From assembly GCF_000757865.1 (NCBI RefSeq), contig NZ_CP007754.1, positions 1,830,001-1,862,000 of the forward strand: a stretch of 32,000 nt of DNA. The letters are read 5' to 3'. Origin of the DNA: Prochlorococcus sp. MIT 0801 (lineage in GTDB: Bacteria; Cyanobacteriota; Cyanobacteriia; PCC-6307; Cyanobiaceae). Positions 1 through 10,069 of the stretch are shown in pieces; position 1 is the first letter of the stretch, and the number at the start of each line of letters is the position of its first letter. Under the pieces are notes generated by a model, which saw nothing but the letters and a program-made list of their open reading frames with translations, did not search any database and was not told where the DNA came from. Made by a program: the position numbers and the translations under genes.

Positions 1-270
1 ATCGCCGCGAATAACTGCTCCCAAAGTAATTACAACATCATAATTAGCTTTTCGAGCAAGTTCTTGCGAAATAATTGGTAGCTCAAATGCGCCTGGAACC
101 CAAGCCACATCCAACTGATTACTGGACTCTGAAATATTAATTCCATGCCTAGAAAGGCAATCTAAACAGCCGCTTAAAAGCTTAGTAGTTATAAGATCAT
201 TAAATCTAGCTACCACAATAGCTATTTTAAAAGAAGATGCTTTCTCAAAGGTACCCTCAATTGTCGCCAT
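1..270 (-). CDS. ribH: 6,7-dimethyl-8-ribityllumazine synthase, N-terminal part (gene runs off the left edge)
   Basis: My own translation of the minus strand from the ATG at 270..268 gives [44 protein letters not shown]...[38 protein letters not shown]. The ARFN and WVPGAFE-P motifs are typical of lumazine synthase. This ORF is not in the supplied track because it is truncated. Confidence 0.85.
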   Translation of the reverse strand, partial: MATIEGTFEKASSFKIAIVVARFNDLITTKLLSGCLDCLSRHGINISESSNQLDVAWVPGAFELPIISQELARKANYDVVITLGAVIRGD

Positions 271-375
271 TTCTTAAAGGCTTTTTATACTCACTAACAC
301 TAACGTCTTTCGAGTAAATTTAAAACATCAGCTTTAAAATTTAGTTTGTATATAGATCTTACTTAATTAATGTTC

Positions 376-591
376 TTACACACTCATTTGATGAGTGATG
401 TATTCGCCAACTAAGGCCTGAAGGAGGACCAAATGAAACCAAACTCCTGCAAGGATCTCGATCTTTTTAATATTGGGATTTCTATTGTCCTCTGGGTTGG
501 TTTGGGTCATGTAAAAAACAGGAACACCAATTACCAAAAGCAAAGAAGAGAACAAAAGTGCGTTAGCAACGACTGAATTAATAGCCAACAT
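376..591 (-). CDS. psbZ: Photosystem II protein PsbZ (Ycf9)
   Basis: Track ORF 376..618. An internal ATG at 591..589 gives MLAINSVVANALLFSSLLLVIGVPVFY..., a two-helix small membrane protein. The (V/I)GVPV-Y motif after the first helix matches the PsbZ pattern as I remember it. The upstream 9 codons are probably not translated. Position next to ribH and mutS fits picocyanobacterial synteny as I recall it. Confidence 0.7.
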   Translation of the reverse strand: MLAINSVVANALLFSSLLLVIGVPVFYMTQTNPEDNRNPNIKKIEILAGVWFHLVLLQALVGEYITHQMSV

Positions 592-730
592 AGTTGAAGC
601 TGCAGAAAAATTTCTCAATATTCAATAATTCTCCCATGTAAGTGTTTTGTTTGAGTTGTTCATCTTCATATTTGTAGCGAGGCTTCACATGCAAAAAAAA
701 TTAATTCTTCTAATATGCATTGATTAAACA

Positions 731-3523
731 GTGAGCAATGAAATGGCTGCCAGCCAAAACCCCATACAAGGCAGTCTATTCGGGGAAAATGAGCACATCG
801 ATATCAATGATGCTGAAAGGCTTAATAGTTCAGAAGCATCGAACGGAAATCTGTCACATCAACAACTAGAAGAAGACGCATCGCTTAGACCTCGCATAAA
901 ACAGACTGCTAAAAATCAAAAACAAATCATTGATTTTGATGAGTTTTCTCATGTAGAAATCGAAGAACCCAAATGGTCACATCACAATTTACCAAAAATT
1001 GATGATCTCACTCCTGCACTAAGACATTATGTCGAATTAAAGAAAGAAAATCCTGACCGAGTTTTGCTTTATAGGCTTGGAGATTTCTTCGAATGTTTTT
1101 TTGAAGATGCAATAACACTCTCACAGCTTTTAGAAATCACACTCACAAGTAAAGAAGCTGGGAAAAAAATTGGCAAAATCCCAATGGCTGGAATTCCTCA
1201 TCATGCATCTGATCGTTATTGCACAGAACTAATTAAAAAGGGTTTATCTATTGCTATTTGTGATCAACTTGAAGCTGCTCCAGCAAAAGGCAATAAATTA
1301 ATAAAAAGAGGCATAACAAGATTAATCACCCCTGGAACAATTCTAGAAGAGGGAATGTTAAGTGCTAAACAAAATAATTGGCTAGCTTCTGTTCTGCTAG
1401 AGGCCAAATATAATCCAGCAATAATACACTGGTCTTTAGCAAAAATAGATGTAAGCACCGGGGAATTTATTGTTCAAGAAGGTCAAGAAAGTAATAATTT
1501 ACGTCACGAATTAATTAAATTAAATGCAGCTGAGGTTATTTCAGAAAAAAACTCAATTTCAAATAAAATCTGGCATGAGGGATTAATAGAAATAACAGAA
1601 TTTAATAAAACATCATTCTCTAGCTTGGAGGCAATAACAACTATTAAAAATCATTATTGTTTAAATAATATTGATAGCTTAGGGATAAATGCCAACTCTC
1701 TATCAATCAGAACTATTGGAGGGTTAATTTCATATTTAAATAAAACGCACCCAAATATAGATAATAAATCTAACAATGAAATCAAAACAAATATCTGTAT
1801 TGATTACCCTCGAATAAAAAATAGTCGATCTGGATTAATTATAGATAGTCAAACACGAAGAAATTTAGAAATTACTTCAACTCAGAAGGATGGAAAATTT
1901 CAAGGCTCATTACTTTGGGCAATTGATAAAACATTAACTGCAATGGGTGCAAGATGCATTAGGAGGTGGATAGAAGAACCTTTAAAAGATATTAATGCAA
2001 TTAATGATCGACAAAATATAATTGGATTACTAATAAAATCATCGACATTAAGAAAAAATATTAGAAAGATTCTTAGAGCCATGGGTGACTTAGAACGTCT
2101 TTCAGGTAGGGCAGGAGCTCAACAAGCGGGAGCACGAGATTTAATTGCTATCGCAGAAGGAATTAACCGTTTACCCTTAATTAAAAAATATCTAAGTGAC
2201 CCCATTTTTGATAAAACTGAGTATTTCAAGTCCATTATAAATATAGATAAAGACTTAATAGAACTTGCTTCAAAAATCAATAATCAAATCATAAACAATC
2301 CGCCACTTAGCCTTACAGAAGGTGGTCTATTTTATGATGGTATAAGCCCTGTACTTGATGGACTAAGAAACCAACTAGATGATCATAATATATGGCTCAA
2401 GTCTCAAGAAGCAGAAGAGAGAAAGAAAAGCAATATAAATAATTTAAAGCTTCAATATCATCGATCCTTTGGATACTTTTTAGCTGTGAGTAAATCAAAG
2501 GCTATAAATGTTCCAGATCACTGGATCAGAAGACAAACCTTAACTAATGAAGAACGTTTTGTGACACCAGGCTTAAAAGAAAGAGAAGGAAAAATCTTTC
2601 AAGTTAGAGCAAGAATATCAGAACTAGAATATGAGCTTTTTTGTGATTTAAGAACACTTACAGGGAATAAATCCAACATTATTAGACAAGCAGCAAAATC
2701 AATATCTTACTTAGATGTTTTAGCTGGACTAGCCGAAGTAGCCGCTACTCACAACTATATTCAACCTAAGATAATAGATATTAATCAGCAAGATAAATCA
2801 AGAAAACTATCTATTATTAATGGCCGTCATCCAGTAGTTGAGCAAATTCTTGTTGATAAATTTTTTGTACCTAATGATATAGAACTTGGTTCTAAGACCG
2901 ATCTGATTATTCTTTCAGGGCCAAATGCTAGTGGAAAAAGTTGTTATTTAAGACAGGTAGGTCTATTACAAATCATGGCTCAAATTGGAAGTTGGATCCC
3001 AGCTAAATCAGCACATATTGGAATCGCTGATCAAGTATTTACACGTGTTGGAGCTGTGGATGATTTAGCTTCAGGCCAATCAACTTTCATGGTCGAAATG
3101 ATTGAAACTGCTTTCATTCTTAATAATGCCACTGAAAACTCATTAGTTTTATTAGATGAAATTGGACGAGGAACTTCAACTTTTGATGGGTTATCTATTG
3201 CCTGGTCAGTAAGCGAGTTTCTAGCAAAAAAAATTAAAAGTCGTTCAATCTTTGCAACTCATTACCATGAATTGAATCAAATTTCTGAATATATTGAAAA
3301 TGTAGAAAATTACAAAGTTATAGTTGAATATAAAAATCATTCCCTTTCATTCCTTCACAAGGTCGAAAGAGGAGGAGCAAATAAAAGTTATGGAATTGAA
3401 GCTGCCAGGCTTGCGGGAGTTCCCTCAGAAGTAGTCAATAATGCAAGATTAATATTAAAAAATCTAGAAAAAAATAACTCAAACACTATTCAAGTCACTA
3501 AGCCAATTGAAAGTTGCAAATAA
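731..3523 (+). CDS. mutS: DNA mismatch repair protein MutS
   Basis: 930-aa ORF. The mismatch-binding domain motif LYRLGDFFE, Walker A GPNASGKS and DEIGRGTSTFDG are all present. It starts at a GTG at 731, with an alternative ATG at 743. About 92 aa of N-terminal extension precede the canonical domain. Confidence 0.97.
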   Translation: MSNEMAASQNPIQGSLFGENEHIDINDAERLNSSEASNGNLSHQQLEEDASLRPRIKQTAKNQKQIIDFDEFSHVEIEEPKWSHHNLPKIDDLTPALRHYVELKKENPDRVLLYRLGDFFECFFEDAITLSQLLEITLTSKEAGKKIGKIPMAGIPHHASDRYCTELIKKGLSIAICDQLEAAPAKGNKLIKRGITRLITPGTILEEGMLSAKQNNWLASVLLEAKYNPAIIHWSLAKIDVSTGEFIVQEGQESNNLRHELIKLNAAEVISEKNSISNKIWHEGLIEITEFNKTSFSSLEAITTIKNHYCLNNIDSLGINANSLSIRTIGGLISYLNKTHPNIDNKSNNEIKTNICIDYPRIKNSRSGLIIDSQTRRNLEITSTQKDGKFQGSLLWAIDKTLTAMGARCIRRWIEEPLKDINAINDRQNIIGLLIKSSTLRKNIRKILRAMGDLERLSGRAGAQQAGARDLIAIAEGINRLPLIKKYLSDPIFDKTEYFKSIINIDKDLIELASKINNQIINNPPLSLTEGGLFYDGISPVLDGLRNQLDDHNIWLKSQEAEERKKSNINNLKLQYHRSFGYFLAVSKSKAINVPDHWIRRQTLTNEERFVTPGLKEREGKIFQVRARISELEYELFCDLRTLTGNKSNIIRQAAKSISYLDVLAGLAEVAATHNYIQPKIIDINQQDKSRKLSIINGRHPVVEQILVDKFFVPNDIELGSKTDLIILSGPNASGKSCYLRQVGLLQIMAQIGSWIPAKSAHIGIADQVFTRVGAVDDLASGQSTFMVEMIETAFILNNATENSLVLLDEIGRGTSTFDGLSIAWSVSEFLAKKIKSRSIFATHYHELNQISEYIENVENYKVIVEYKNHSLSFLHKVERGGANKSYGIEAARLAGVPSEVVNNARLILKNLEKNNSNTIQVTKPIESCK

Positions 3524-3545
3524 AATAAAAAACAATCCTTGCAAT

Positions 3546-4190
3546 TTAATTCTCAGCCGCTCTCAATAAAGCATTAGTAGTAGCTGCAGCTAAGGATGCA
3601 CCTCCTTTAGAACCTTCCAAGACAATATATGCACAACCACTATTTAATAATCGAGTTTTACTCTCATTCACCCCAATAAATCCCACTGGCATTCCAACAA
3701 TTAAACTTGGTCTCTTATAGCCAGCTTCAACAAGATCTAATAAAGAAATTAAAGCTGTTGGAGAACTCCCAATTATGACCAATGGAGCATTTAAATCGTT
3801 TATGGTGTCTTTATCCTCAAAGTTTAACCATTTTTTTTTCATACCAATTTCACTTCTAGTAGTTAAAGTTGTATCAATGGACATGGAAGCTGGAGCCATA
3901 CCTAAAATGCATTCAATATTTGAATTCAAGGTTCGTTTAGCCATAGGCGATATTGCTGCCTCTGCCATATAAGTGTCAGTCAAAATCGTTGCACCATTTT
4001 TCAATGCCTTAATAGCATCCTGACAAGCAGTGGGACTAAACTTGACACATGACAGCAAGTCAAAGTCTCCACTTGAATGAATAATGCGTTCTAAAATTGA
4101 TTGCTGAACCTCATCAAGTCCTGTAATGCCTATTTTAGATCTAATGTAATTAACACTTTCGAGAAAGATGGGATGTTCGGGTGTTTTCAC
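3546..4190 (-). CDS. cobH: Precorrin-8X methylmutase (CobH/CbiC)
   Basis: 214-aa ORF with the HSSGDF motif, the GSSPTAL segment (variant of GNAPTAL) and a MPVGFIGV-ESK segment typical of CbiC/CobH. Convergent with mutS across a 22-nt gap. Confidence 0.85.
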   Translation of the reverse strand: MKTPEHPIFLESVNYIRSKIGITGLDEVQQSILERIIHSSGDFDLLSCVKFSPTACQDAIKALKNGATILTDTYMAEAAISPMAKRTLNSNIECILGMAPASMSIDTTLTTRSEIGMKKKWLNFEDKDTINDLNAPLVIIGSSPTALISLLDLVEAGYKRPSLIVGMPVGFIGVNESKTRLLNSGCAYIVLEGSKGGASLAAATTNALLRAAEN

Positions 4191-4248
4191 TGTTAAATTT
4201 CTGAGCTAATTTAAGATCAAAATCTTTTTAATAACATATATCGAATTT

Positions 4249-5277
4249 ATGCCAATACATTTAATATGGGGGGATGATTATGAGGCCTGTAACAGAGAAA
4301 TAGAAGAAATAATTCAAACAGTGATTAATCCATCGTGGAAAAGTTTTAACTATAGTCAGATAGATGGAAATGACCCAAAGCAAAATTTCAGAGCACTTGA
4401 AGAGGTTCAAAGTGCCCCTTTTGGAAGCGGAGGGAGAATTGTACTAGTTAGAAGAAGCCCTTTTTGCAACGGATGTACAATTGAACTAGCTAACAAACTT
4501 GAACAAGCAATTAAACTAATTCCTGATAATACATATCTAATTCTAAATAATTCAAATAAACCAGATAAAAGACTTAAGACAACAAAATTAATAGAAAAAA
4601 GTATTCAAACAAATAGCTTGTCAAAGGAAAAGAGTTTTCTTCTTCCACTACCATGGGATATAAATGGACAACGCAATCTAGTAAAAAATATTTTATACAA
4701 ATTCAATCTTAAAATGAATCATGAAACGATTGATTTAATAGTAGAGAGCATAGGTAATGATAGCTCTTTAATTAATACTGAACTTCAAAAGCTTTCCTTA
4801 TTATCAGATGCTGTTAATAAAAACTTAAATACAGATAGCCCGAGAGAAATATCAAAAGAACTAGTAAAAAAACTAATTCAAAACAATTCGACTAACGCAC
4901 TAGAAATTGCCAATTTACTATTGAAAGGAGAGATAATTATAGCTCTAAATAAGATTCAATCCTTACTTAAAAATGGAGAGCCTGCTTTACGGTTAATTAC
5001 AACCTTAACTGGTCAATCAAGAGGATGGCTTTGGGTACATCTATTGGATTCACAGGGAAATCAAGATGTCAAAGAAATAGCCAAACTTGCTGGGATCGCC
5101 AACCCAAAACGTATTTTTGTAATTCGAAAACAAATTCAAGATACATCTTTGGAAATATTGCTTGAATTGATGAAAAAACTTTTAAAAATTGAGGCCTCAA
5201 TTAAATCAGGAACCAATCCAATCGATTCTTTTAAAGATAATCTGCTAACAGACAGTAAAATTTTGACTAATAACTGA
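4249..5277 (+). CDS. holA: DNA polymerase III delta subunit
   Basis: 342-aa ORF. The length, the N-terminal IHLIWGDD..E pattern and a helical C-terminal half resemble HolA. This family is weakly conserved, so the call rests on overall pattern only. Confidence 0.65.
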   Translation: MPIHLIWGDDYEACNREIEEIIQTVINPSWKSFNYSQIDGNDPKQNFRALEEVQSAPFGSGGRIVLVRRSPFCNGCTIELANKLEQAIKLIPDNTYLILNNSNKPDKRLKTTKLIEKSIQTNSLSKEKSFLLPLPWDINGQRNLVKNILYKFNLKMNHETIDLIVESIGNDSSLINTELQKLSLLSDAVNKNLNTDSPREISKELVKKLIQNNSTNALEIANLLLKGEIIIALNKIQSLLKNGEPALRLITTLTGQSRGWLWVHLLDSQGNQDVKEIAKLAGIANPKRIFVIRKQIQDTSLEILLELMKKLLKIEASIKSGTNPIDSFKDNLLTDSKILTNN

Positions 5278-5304
5278 AATAATCAATAAGTTAACGAAAG
5301 TTTA

Positions 5305-7071
5305 ATGGCATTGTTGGTTCAAAAATTTGGCGGCACCTCTCTAGGAAGCATTGAGCGCATAAAAGCTGTCGCACAGAGAATCAAATCAAGTAAAGAAAAA
5401 GGTGATGATCTGGTAGTTGTTGTGTCTGCAATGGGACATCAAACTGACGAATTAACACGGCTTGCTTCAGAAATAACTGTTGATCCTCCTCATCGAGAAA
5501 TGGATATGCTCCTCTCAACTGGGGAACAAGTCTCAATATCATTATTAACAATGGCCCTGAATGAATTGGGCACGCCAGCAATCTCATTAACAGGAACTCA
5601 AGCTGGAATTATTACAGAATCAGCTCATGGACGAGCCAGAATCCTCGAGATAAGGACAGAACGAATAAAAAATCTCTTAGATCAAGGTAAAACCATAGTT
5701 ATAGCTGGATTCCAAGGAACCAGTCTTGGCATAGGAGGAATTGCTGAAATCACAACTTTAGGAAGAGGAGGATCAGATACTTCTGCAGTCGCTCTAGCAG
5801 CATCTCTTAAAGCTGCTAGGTGTGAAATTTATACCGATGTTCCTGGCGTTCTCACAACTGACCCAAGAATTGTTAAAAATGCAAAATTAATGAAAAATAT
5901 TAGTTGTGATGAAATGTTAGAGCTGGCCAGCCTTGGAGCTGCTGTTTTACATCCTCGAGCAGTTGAAATAGCAAGAAATTTCGGCGTAACTCTTGTCGTC
6001 AAATCAAGTTGGGACAACCTTGATGGAACAACTCTAACTAGTAATAAGAATCCTGATTTTTCTCAAGGTGGAATAGAACATCGCAGTCCTGTCGATGGTT
6101 TAGAACTTCTTGAGAATCAAGCAGTCGTAGCTTTATCTAATATTCCAGATCGTCCAGGAATTGCTGCTGAACTTTTTGAATCTCTATCAAAGGGTGGAGT
6201 GAATGTCGATCTCATTATTCAAGCGACACATCAGATCGACTCTAACGACATCACTTTTACTGTTGCTGAAAATGAATTAAATAATGCACTAACTCAATGT
6301 GAAAAACTCATTAATACTATTGGAGGTGATATATCTTTTCAAAAAGATCTGACTAAACTAAGTATTTATGGAGCTGGAATAATGGGAAGACCTGGGATAG
6401 CGTCATCTCTATTCCAAATTCTTTCTGACTCTGGTATTAATATACGATTAATCGCAACTAGTGAAGTCAAAGTAAGTTGTGTTATTGATGCAGAATTAGG
6501 GAAAAAAGCATTACGTAATGTAGGCGAAGTTTTCAAGCTTACTGATAAACAAATTTCGCTAAATCCAACTATTGTAGATAACAACGAGCCAGAAGTAAGA
6601 GGAATAGCTTTAGATAGAGATCAAATCCAAATTAGCGTGAAGAATGTTCCAGATCAGCCAGGGACTGCCTCCACAATATGTTCCACTTTGGCTGATAAAA
6701 ACATCAGCTTAGATACAATAGTTCAATCAGAAAGAAAGCATAAAGATAAAACCAAAGATATTAGCTTCACTTTAAAGAAAAATGATAGAAGCGATGCTAA
6801 ATATGCATTAAAAGAATTGATTGAAAATTGGCAAGGATCAAAAATTGAAGAAGGAGAATCCATAGTACGAATTAGCGCAGTAGGATCTGGGATGCCATTT
6901 ACAAAAGGAACAGCAGGTAAAATATTTAGAGCACTAGCAAATCAAAAAATCAATATCGAAATGATCGCTACTAGTGAAATAAGAACAACTTGTATTATCT
7001 CAGAAAAATATGGTGAAAAAGCATTAAATGAAATTCATTCTTGCTTTAAATTAGGAAATAATGAAAAATAA
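5305..7071 (+). CDS. lysC: Aspartate kinase with a duplicated ACT regulatory region
   Basis: 588-aa ORF. N-terminal VQKFGGTSLG kinase motif. After the catalytic domain there are two similar regulatory repeats (VALSNIPDRPGIAAELF... and ISVKNVPDQPGTASTIC...), the long form typical of cyanobacteria. Confidence 0.95.
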   Translation: MALLVQKFGGTSLGSIERIKAVAQRIKSSKEKGDDLVVVVSAMGHQTDELTRLASEITVDPPHREMDMLLSTGEQVSISLLTMALNELGTPAISLTGTQAGIITESAHGRARILEIRTERIKNLLDQGKTIVIAGFQGTSLGIGGIAEITTLGRGGSDTSAVALAASLKAARCEIYTDVPGVLTTDPRIVKNAKLMKNISCDEMLELASLGAAVLHPRAVEIARNFGVTLVVKSSWDNLDGTTLTSNKNPDFSQGGIEHRSPVDGLELLENQAVVALSNIPDRPGIAAELFESLSKGGVNVDLIIQATHQIDSNDITFTVAENELNNALTQCEKLINTIGGDISFQKDLTKLSIYGAGIMGRPGIASSLFQILSDSGINIRLIATSEVKVSCVIDAELGKKALRNVGEVFKLTDKQISLNPTIVDNNEPEVRGIALDRDQIQISVKNVPDQPGTASTICSTLADKNISLDTIVQSERKHKDKTKDISFTLKKNDRSDAKYALKELIENWQGSKIEEGESIVRISAVGSGMPFTKGTAGKIFRALANQKINIEMIATSEIRTTCIISEKYGEKALNEIHSCFKLGNNEK

Positions 7072-7078
7072 AAATATA

Positions 7079-9115
7079 TTATCTACCGACTAACCTATGC
7101 CTTAATTTTTTTATACGATCTCTAAGAATTGCAGCTTTTTCAAAATCTAGATCTTTAGCTGTTATTTTCATTTTTGATTCCAATTTTTCAATTAATTCAG
7201 GCAGAGATTCTAAAGATATTCCGCTATCAGAATCCTTAGAGCTGTGATCAATCAACTTATCAGCAATATCAACAAAATCATCAGTATTTCCAGCTTGATT
7301 TAATCTTCTGGATATCTCTAAGAAAGAAAGAATTGAATTACTTGCTTTCTTACCTGCTGGTTTAGGAGTTATACAATTCTCAATATTATAAATATTCTGT
7401 ATTTCTCGGCGTCTTTCAGTCTCACTAATGGCCTTTGCCATGGAGTCAGTCATATTATCTGCATAGAGCAAAGCTAAGCCTTCAACATGTCTTGCTGCTC
7501 GACCGATTGTTTGTATCAAAGATCTTTGAGATCTTAAAAATCCTTCTTTATCTGCATCAAGAATTACTACAAGAGAGACCTCAGGTAAATCCAAACCTTC
7601 TCTTAGAAGATTAACTCCAACTAATACATCATATTCTCCCAGTCGTAAATCTTGAATTATTTCAATTCTCTCAATTGAATGAATCTCTGAATGTAAATAG
7701 CGAACTCTTATTTTATTTTCAGATAAATAATCTGTAAGATCTTCAGCCATTCTTTTCGTGAGAGTTGTGACAAGTATTCTTTGCTTTTTTGATGCTCTTT
7801 TTCTAATTTCGAAAAGCAAATCTTCGACTTGACCATGGGTTGGACGTACTTCAACTAGAGGATCTAGAACACCAGTAGGTCTGATAACTTGCTCAACTAT
7901 ATTTCCTGTACTTTGGGACAATTCCCAATCACCAGGAGTTGCGCTTATAAAAACAGTTTGTTTTACCTTATTCCAAAATTCTATATCCATTAAAGGACGA
8001 TTATCAGCTGCACTTGGTAGTCTAAATCCATGATCTATTAACACTTTTTTTCTAGCTTGATCGCCATTATACATAGCTCTTAATTGAGGACAAGTAACAT
8101 GACTTTCATCTAAAAGTAATAACCAGTCTTTAGGGAAGTAATCAATTAGGCATTCTGGGGCTGAGCCAGGTTCTCTTCCAGAAAGATGACGAGCATAATT
8201 TTCAACTCCATTACAATATCCAACTTCCTTTAACATTTCTAAGTCATAAATAGTTCGTTGTTCTAACCTTTGAGCCTCGAGTAATTTACCCTCTTGGTTA
8301 AGAAATTCTAATCTATCTTTTAACTCTTTTTTTATTGCTTGAATTGCGGATTCTAAGCGATCTTTTGGGGTAACAAAATGTTTTGCTGGATAGATGTTGA
8401 TTGAGTCAAGTTTATTTAAGATTTCTCCAGTAGTAGGATCGACATAGCTAATACTTTCGACTTCATCTCCAAATAATTCAAGTCTTACAAGTCTGTCATC
8501 ATATGCTGGCCCTATTTCTAATACATCTCCTCTAACTCTAAATCTACCTCTACTGATTTCGATATCATTACGTGTATATTGATTGGAAACTAATGATCTA
8601 AGACAAGATCTTAAATCAATACTTTGACCAACTTGAAACTTTACAGAAGCCTTTAAGTATTCACTTGGAATTCCTAAACCATATATACAACTAATTGAGG
8701 CAACGACTATGACATCATCTCGTTCAAATAAAGACCTAGTCGCAGAGTGGCGTAACATATCAATTTCTTCATTAATTGATGAAGTCTTGGCTATGTATGT
8801 ATCACTTACTGGAACATAAGCTTCTGGCTGATAATAATCATAATATGAGATAAAATATTCAACAGCATTATCAGGAAAAAATTCCCTTAATTCATTGCAT
8901 AATTGAGCTGCAAGTGTTTTGTTATGAGCTAAAACTAACGCAGGTCTTCCAGTTTGAGCTATCAAATTAGCTATTGTAAAAGTCTTGCCTGTTCCAGTTG
9001 CACCTAATAAAGTTTGAAACTTTTCCCCATCATTTACACCTCTAACGAGACCTTTAATCGCTTCAGGTTGATCACCTTTTGGAACATAAGGAGCTTGAAG
9101 TTTATATTCAGGCAT
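7079..9115 (-). CDS. uvrB: Excinuclease ABC subunit B
   Basis: 678-aa ORF. Walker [13 protein letters not shown] box and helicase motifs are present, plus the C-terminal UVR motif ([16 protein letters not shown]). Confidence 0.97.
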   Translation of the reverse strand: MPEYKLQAPYVPKGDQPEAIKGLVRGVNDGEKFQTLLGATGTGKTFTIANLIAQTGRPALVLAHNKTLAAQLCNELREFFPDNAVEYFISYYDYYQPEAYVPVSDTYIAKTSSINEEIDMLRHSATRSLFERDDVIVVASISCIYGLGIPSEYLKASVKFQVGQSIDLRSCLRSLVSNQYTRNDIEISRGRFRVRGDVLEIGPAYDDRLVRLELFGDEVESISYVDPTTGEILNKLDSINIYPAKHFVTPKDRLESAIQAIKKELKDRLEFLNQEGKLLEAQRLEQRTIYDLEMLKEVGYCNGVENYARHLSGREPGSAPECLIDYFPKDWLLLLDESHVTCPQLRAMYNGDQARKKVLIDHGFRLPSAADNRPLMDIEFWNKVKQTVFISATPGDWELSQSTGNIVEQVIRPTGVLDPLVEVRPTHGQVEDLLFEIRKRASKKQRILVTTLTKRMAEDLTDYLSENKIRVRYLHSEIHSIERIEIIQDLRLGEYDVLVGVNLLREGLDLPEVSLVVILDADKEGFLRSQRSLIQTIGRAARHVEGLALLYADNMTDSMAKAISETERRREIQNIYNIENCITPKPAGKKASNSILSFLEISRRLNQAGNTDDFVDIADKLIDHSSKDSDSGISLESLPELIEKLESKMKITAKDLDFEKAAILRDRIKKLRHRLVGR

Positions 9116-9204
9116 ATTCTTGTTAAATGCTAAACAAAGATAGATTTATTAATTCTATATTCTTCAAATTTTGATCATAAAAATCTTAAATCACCTTATA
9201 AGGC

Positions 9205-9984
9205 TCATCGATTAATCGTGGAAACCAGTTTTAACGAATCTAAAGCCTGACGAAGACCTTTGACAGTAGCAACCATAGCTAATTCAGTCTTCAATTTATT
9301 TACTGCTGATCCAATACCAACCCCATTAGCTCCTACTGAAATAGCCATTGGGACAGTGACTTCAGAGAGCCCAGAAGCACAAATCACAGGCACATCATGC
9401 TGACTCTCCTTTAAAGAAGATGCGATAGCGAAAGTCGCGGCCAAAGTAGGTGAAGCTTTTTCTATTAAACCTAAAGTTCCAGGACTCAAGGGATGAGAGC
9501 TTGTGCCTCCTTCTGTCTGAATTAAGTCGACCCCTCTATCAACAAGATCTAACGCTAATTGAGCTTGACTATCTAAAGGCAAAACATGGGGAACGGTCAC
9601 TGACAAAAAAACTTCCGGTAACAGGCGTCGAGATTCACTAGCTAATGAGAGCACCTCATCAGCTGAAAAGAAACGCCCATCTGGATAAAAAGAATCAAAA
9701 TTCCCAATCTCAATCATTGATGCTCCTGCTTTAACAGCGTTAGGGAAGAGCCTTGGTTCAACAGAACTTACACACACAGGAATATTCGAGGCCTCTACAG
9801 CTAGCTCTACTAATTTTGGTTCACAGGCAATGTCCAATAAGTCGGCGCCCCCATGACCAGCAGCTTTGGCAATTAGAAGCACTGATTCTGGATTAAAATT
9901 ACTCAAACCAGAAATTACTTTCAATAAAGATCTGTTTTTAATACTCTTTTGAAGTGAAGCTGGCAATGTTTGCAAACGTGTCAT
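9205..9984 (-). CDS. Ycf23-like / DUF561 predicted TIM-barrel protein of unknown function
   Basis: 259-aa ORF with alternating beta/alpha character and G-rich phosphate-binding-like segments (QTEGGTSS, VGIGSAV). It resembles the cyanobacterial/plastid Ycf23 (DUF561) family as I recall it. Not verifiable without a search. Confidence 0.6.
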   Translation of the reverse strand: MTRLQTLPASLQKSIKNRSLLKVISGLSNFNPESVLLIAKAAGHGGADLLDIACEPKLVELAVEASNIPVCVSSVEPRLFPNAVKAGASMIEIGNFDSFYPDGRFFSADEVLSLASESRRLLPEVFLSVTVPHVLPLDSQAQLALDLVDRGVDLIQTEGGTSSHPLSPGTLGLIEKASPTLAATFAIASSLKESQHDVPVICASGLSEVTVPMAISVGANGVGIGSAVNKLKTELAMVATVKGLRQALDSLKLVSTINR

Positions 9985-10069
9985 AAAAACATCAACTATT
10001 AACCTGATTGTGACATTGACTCAGCAAAAGAACTAAAAAAATGTGTATTGAGCTCTGAAACCAAAGCAA

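Noticed and set aside
376-618. Long form of psbZ (80 aa) and long form of dapA (start at 14083)
   Set aside because: The extra N-terminal residues are not PsbZ/DapA-like. In dapA they lie inside asd. Internal ATGs give canonical N-termini.
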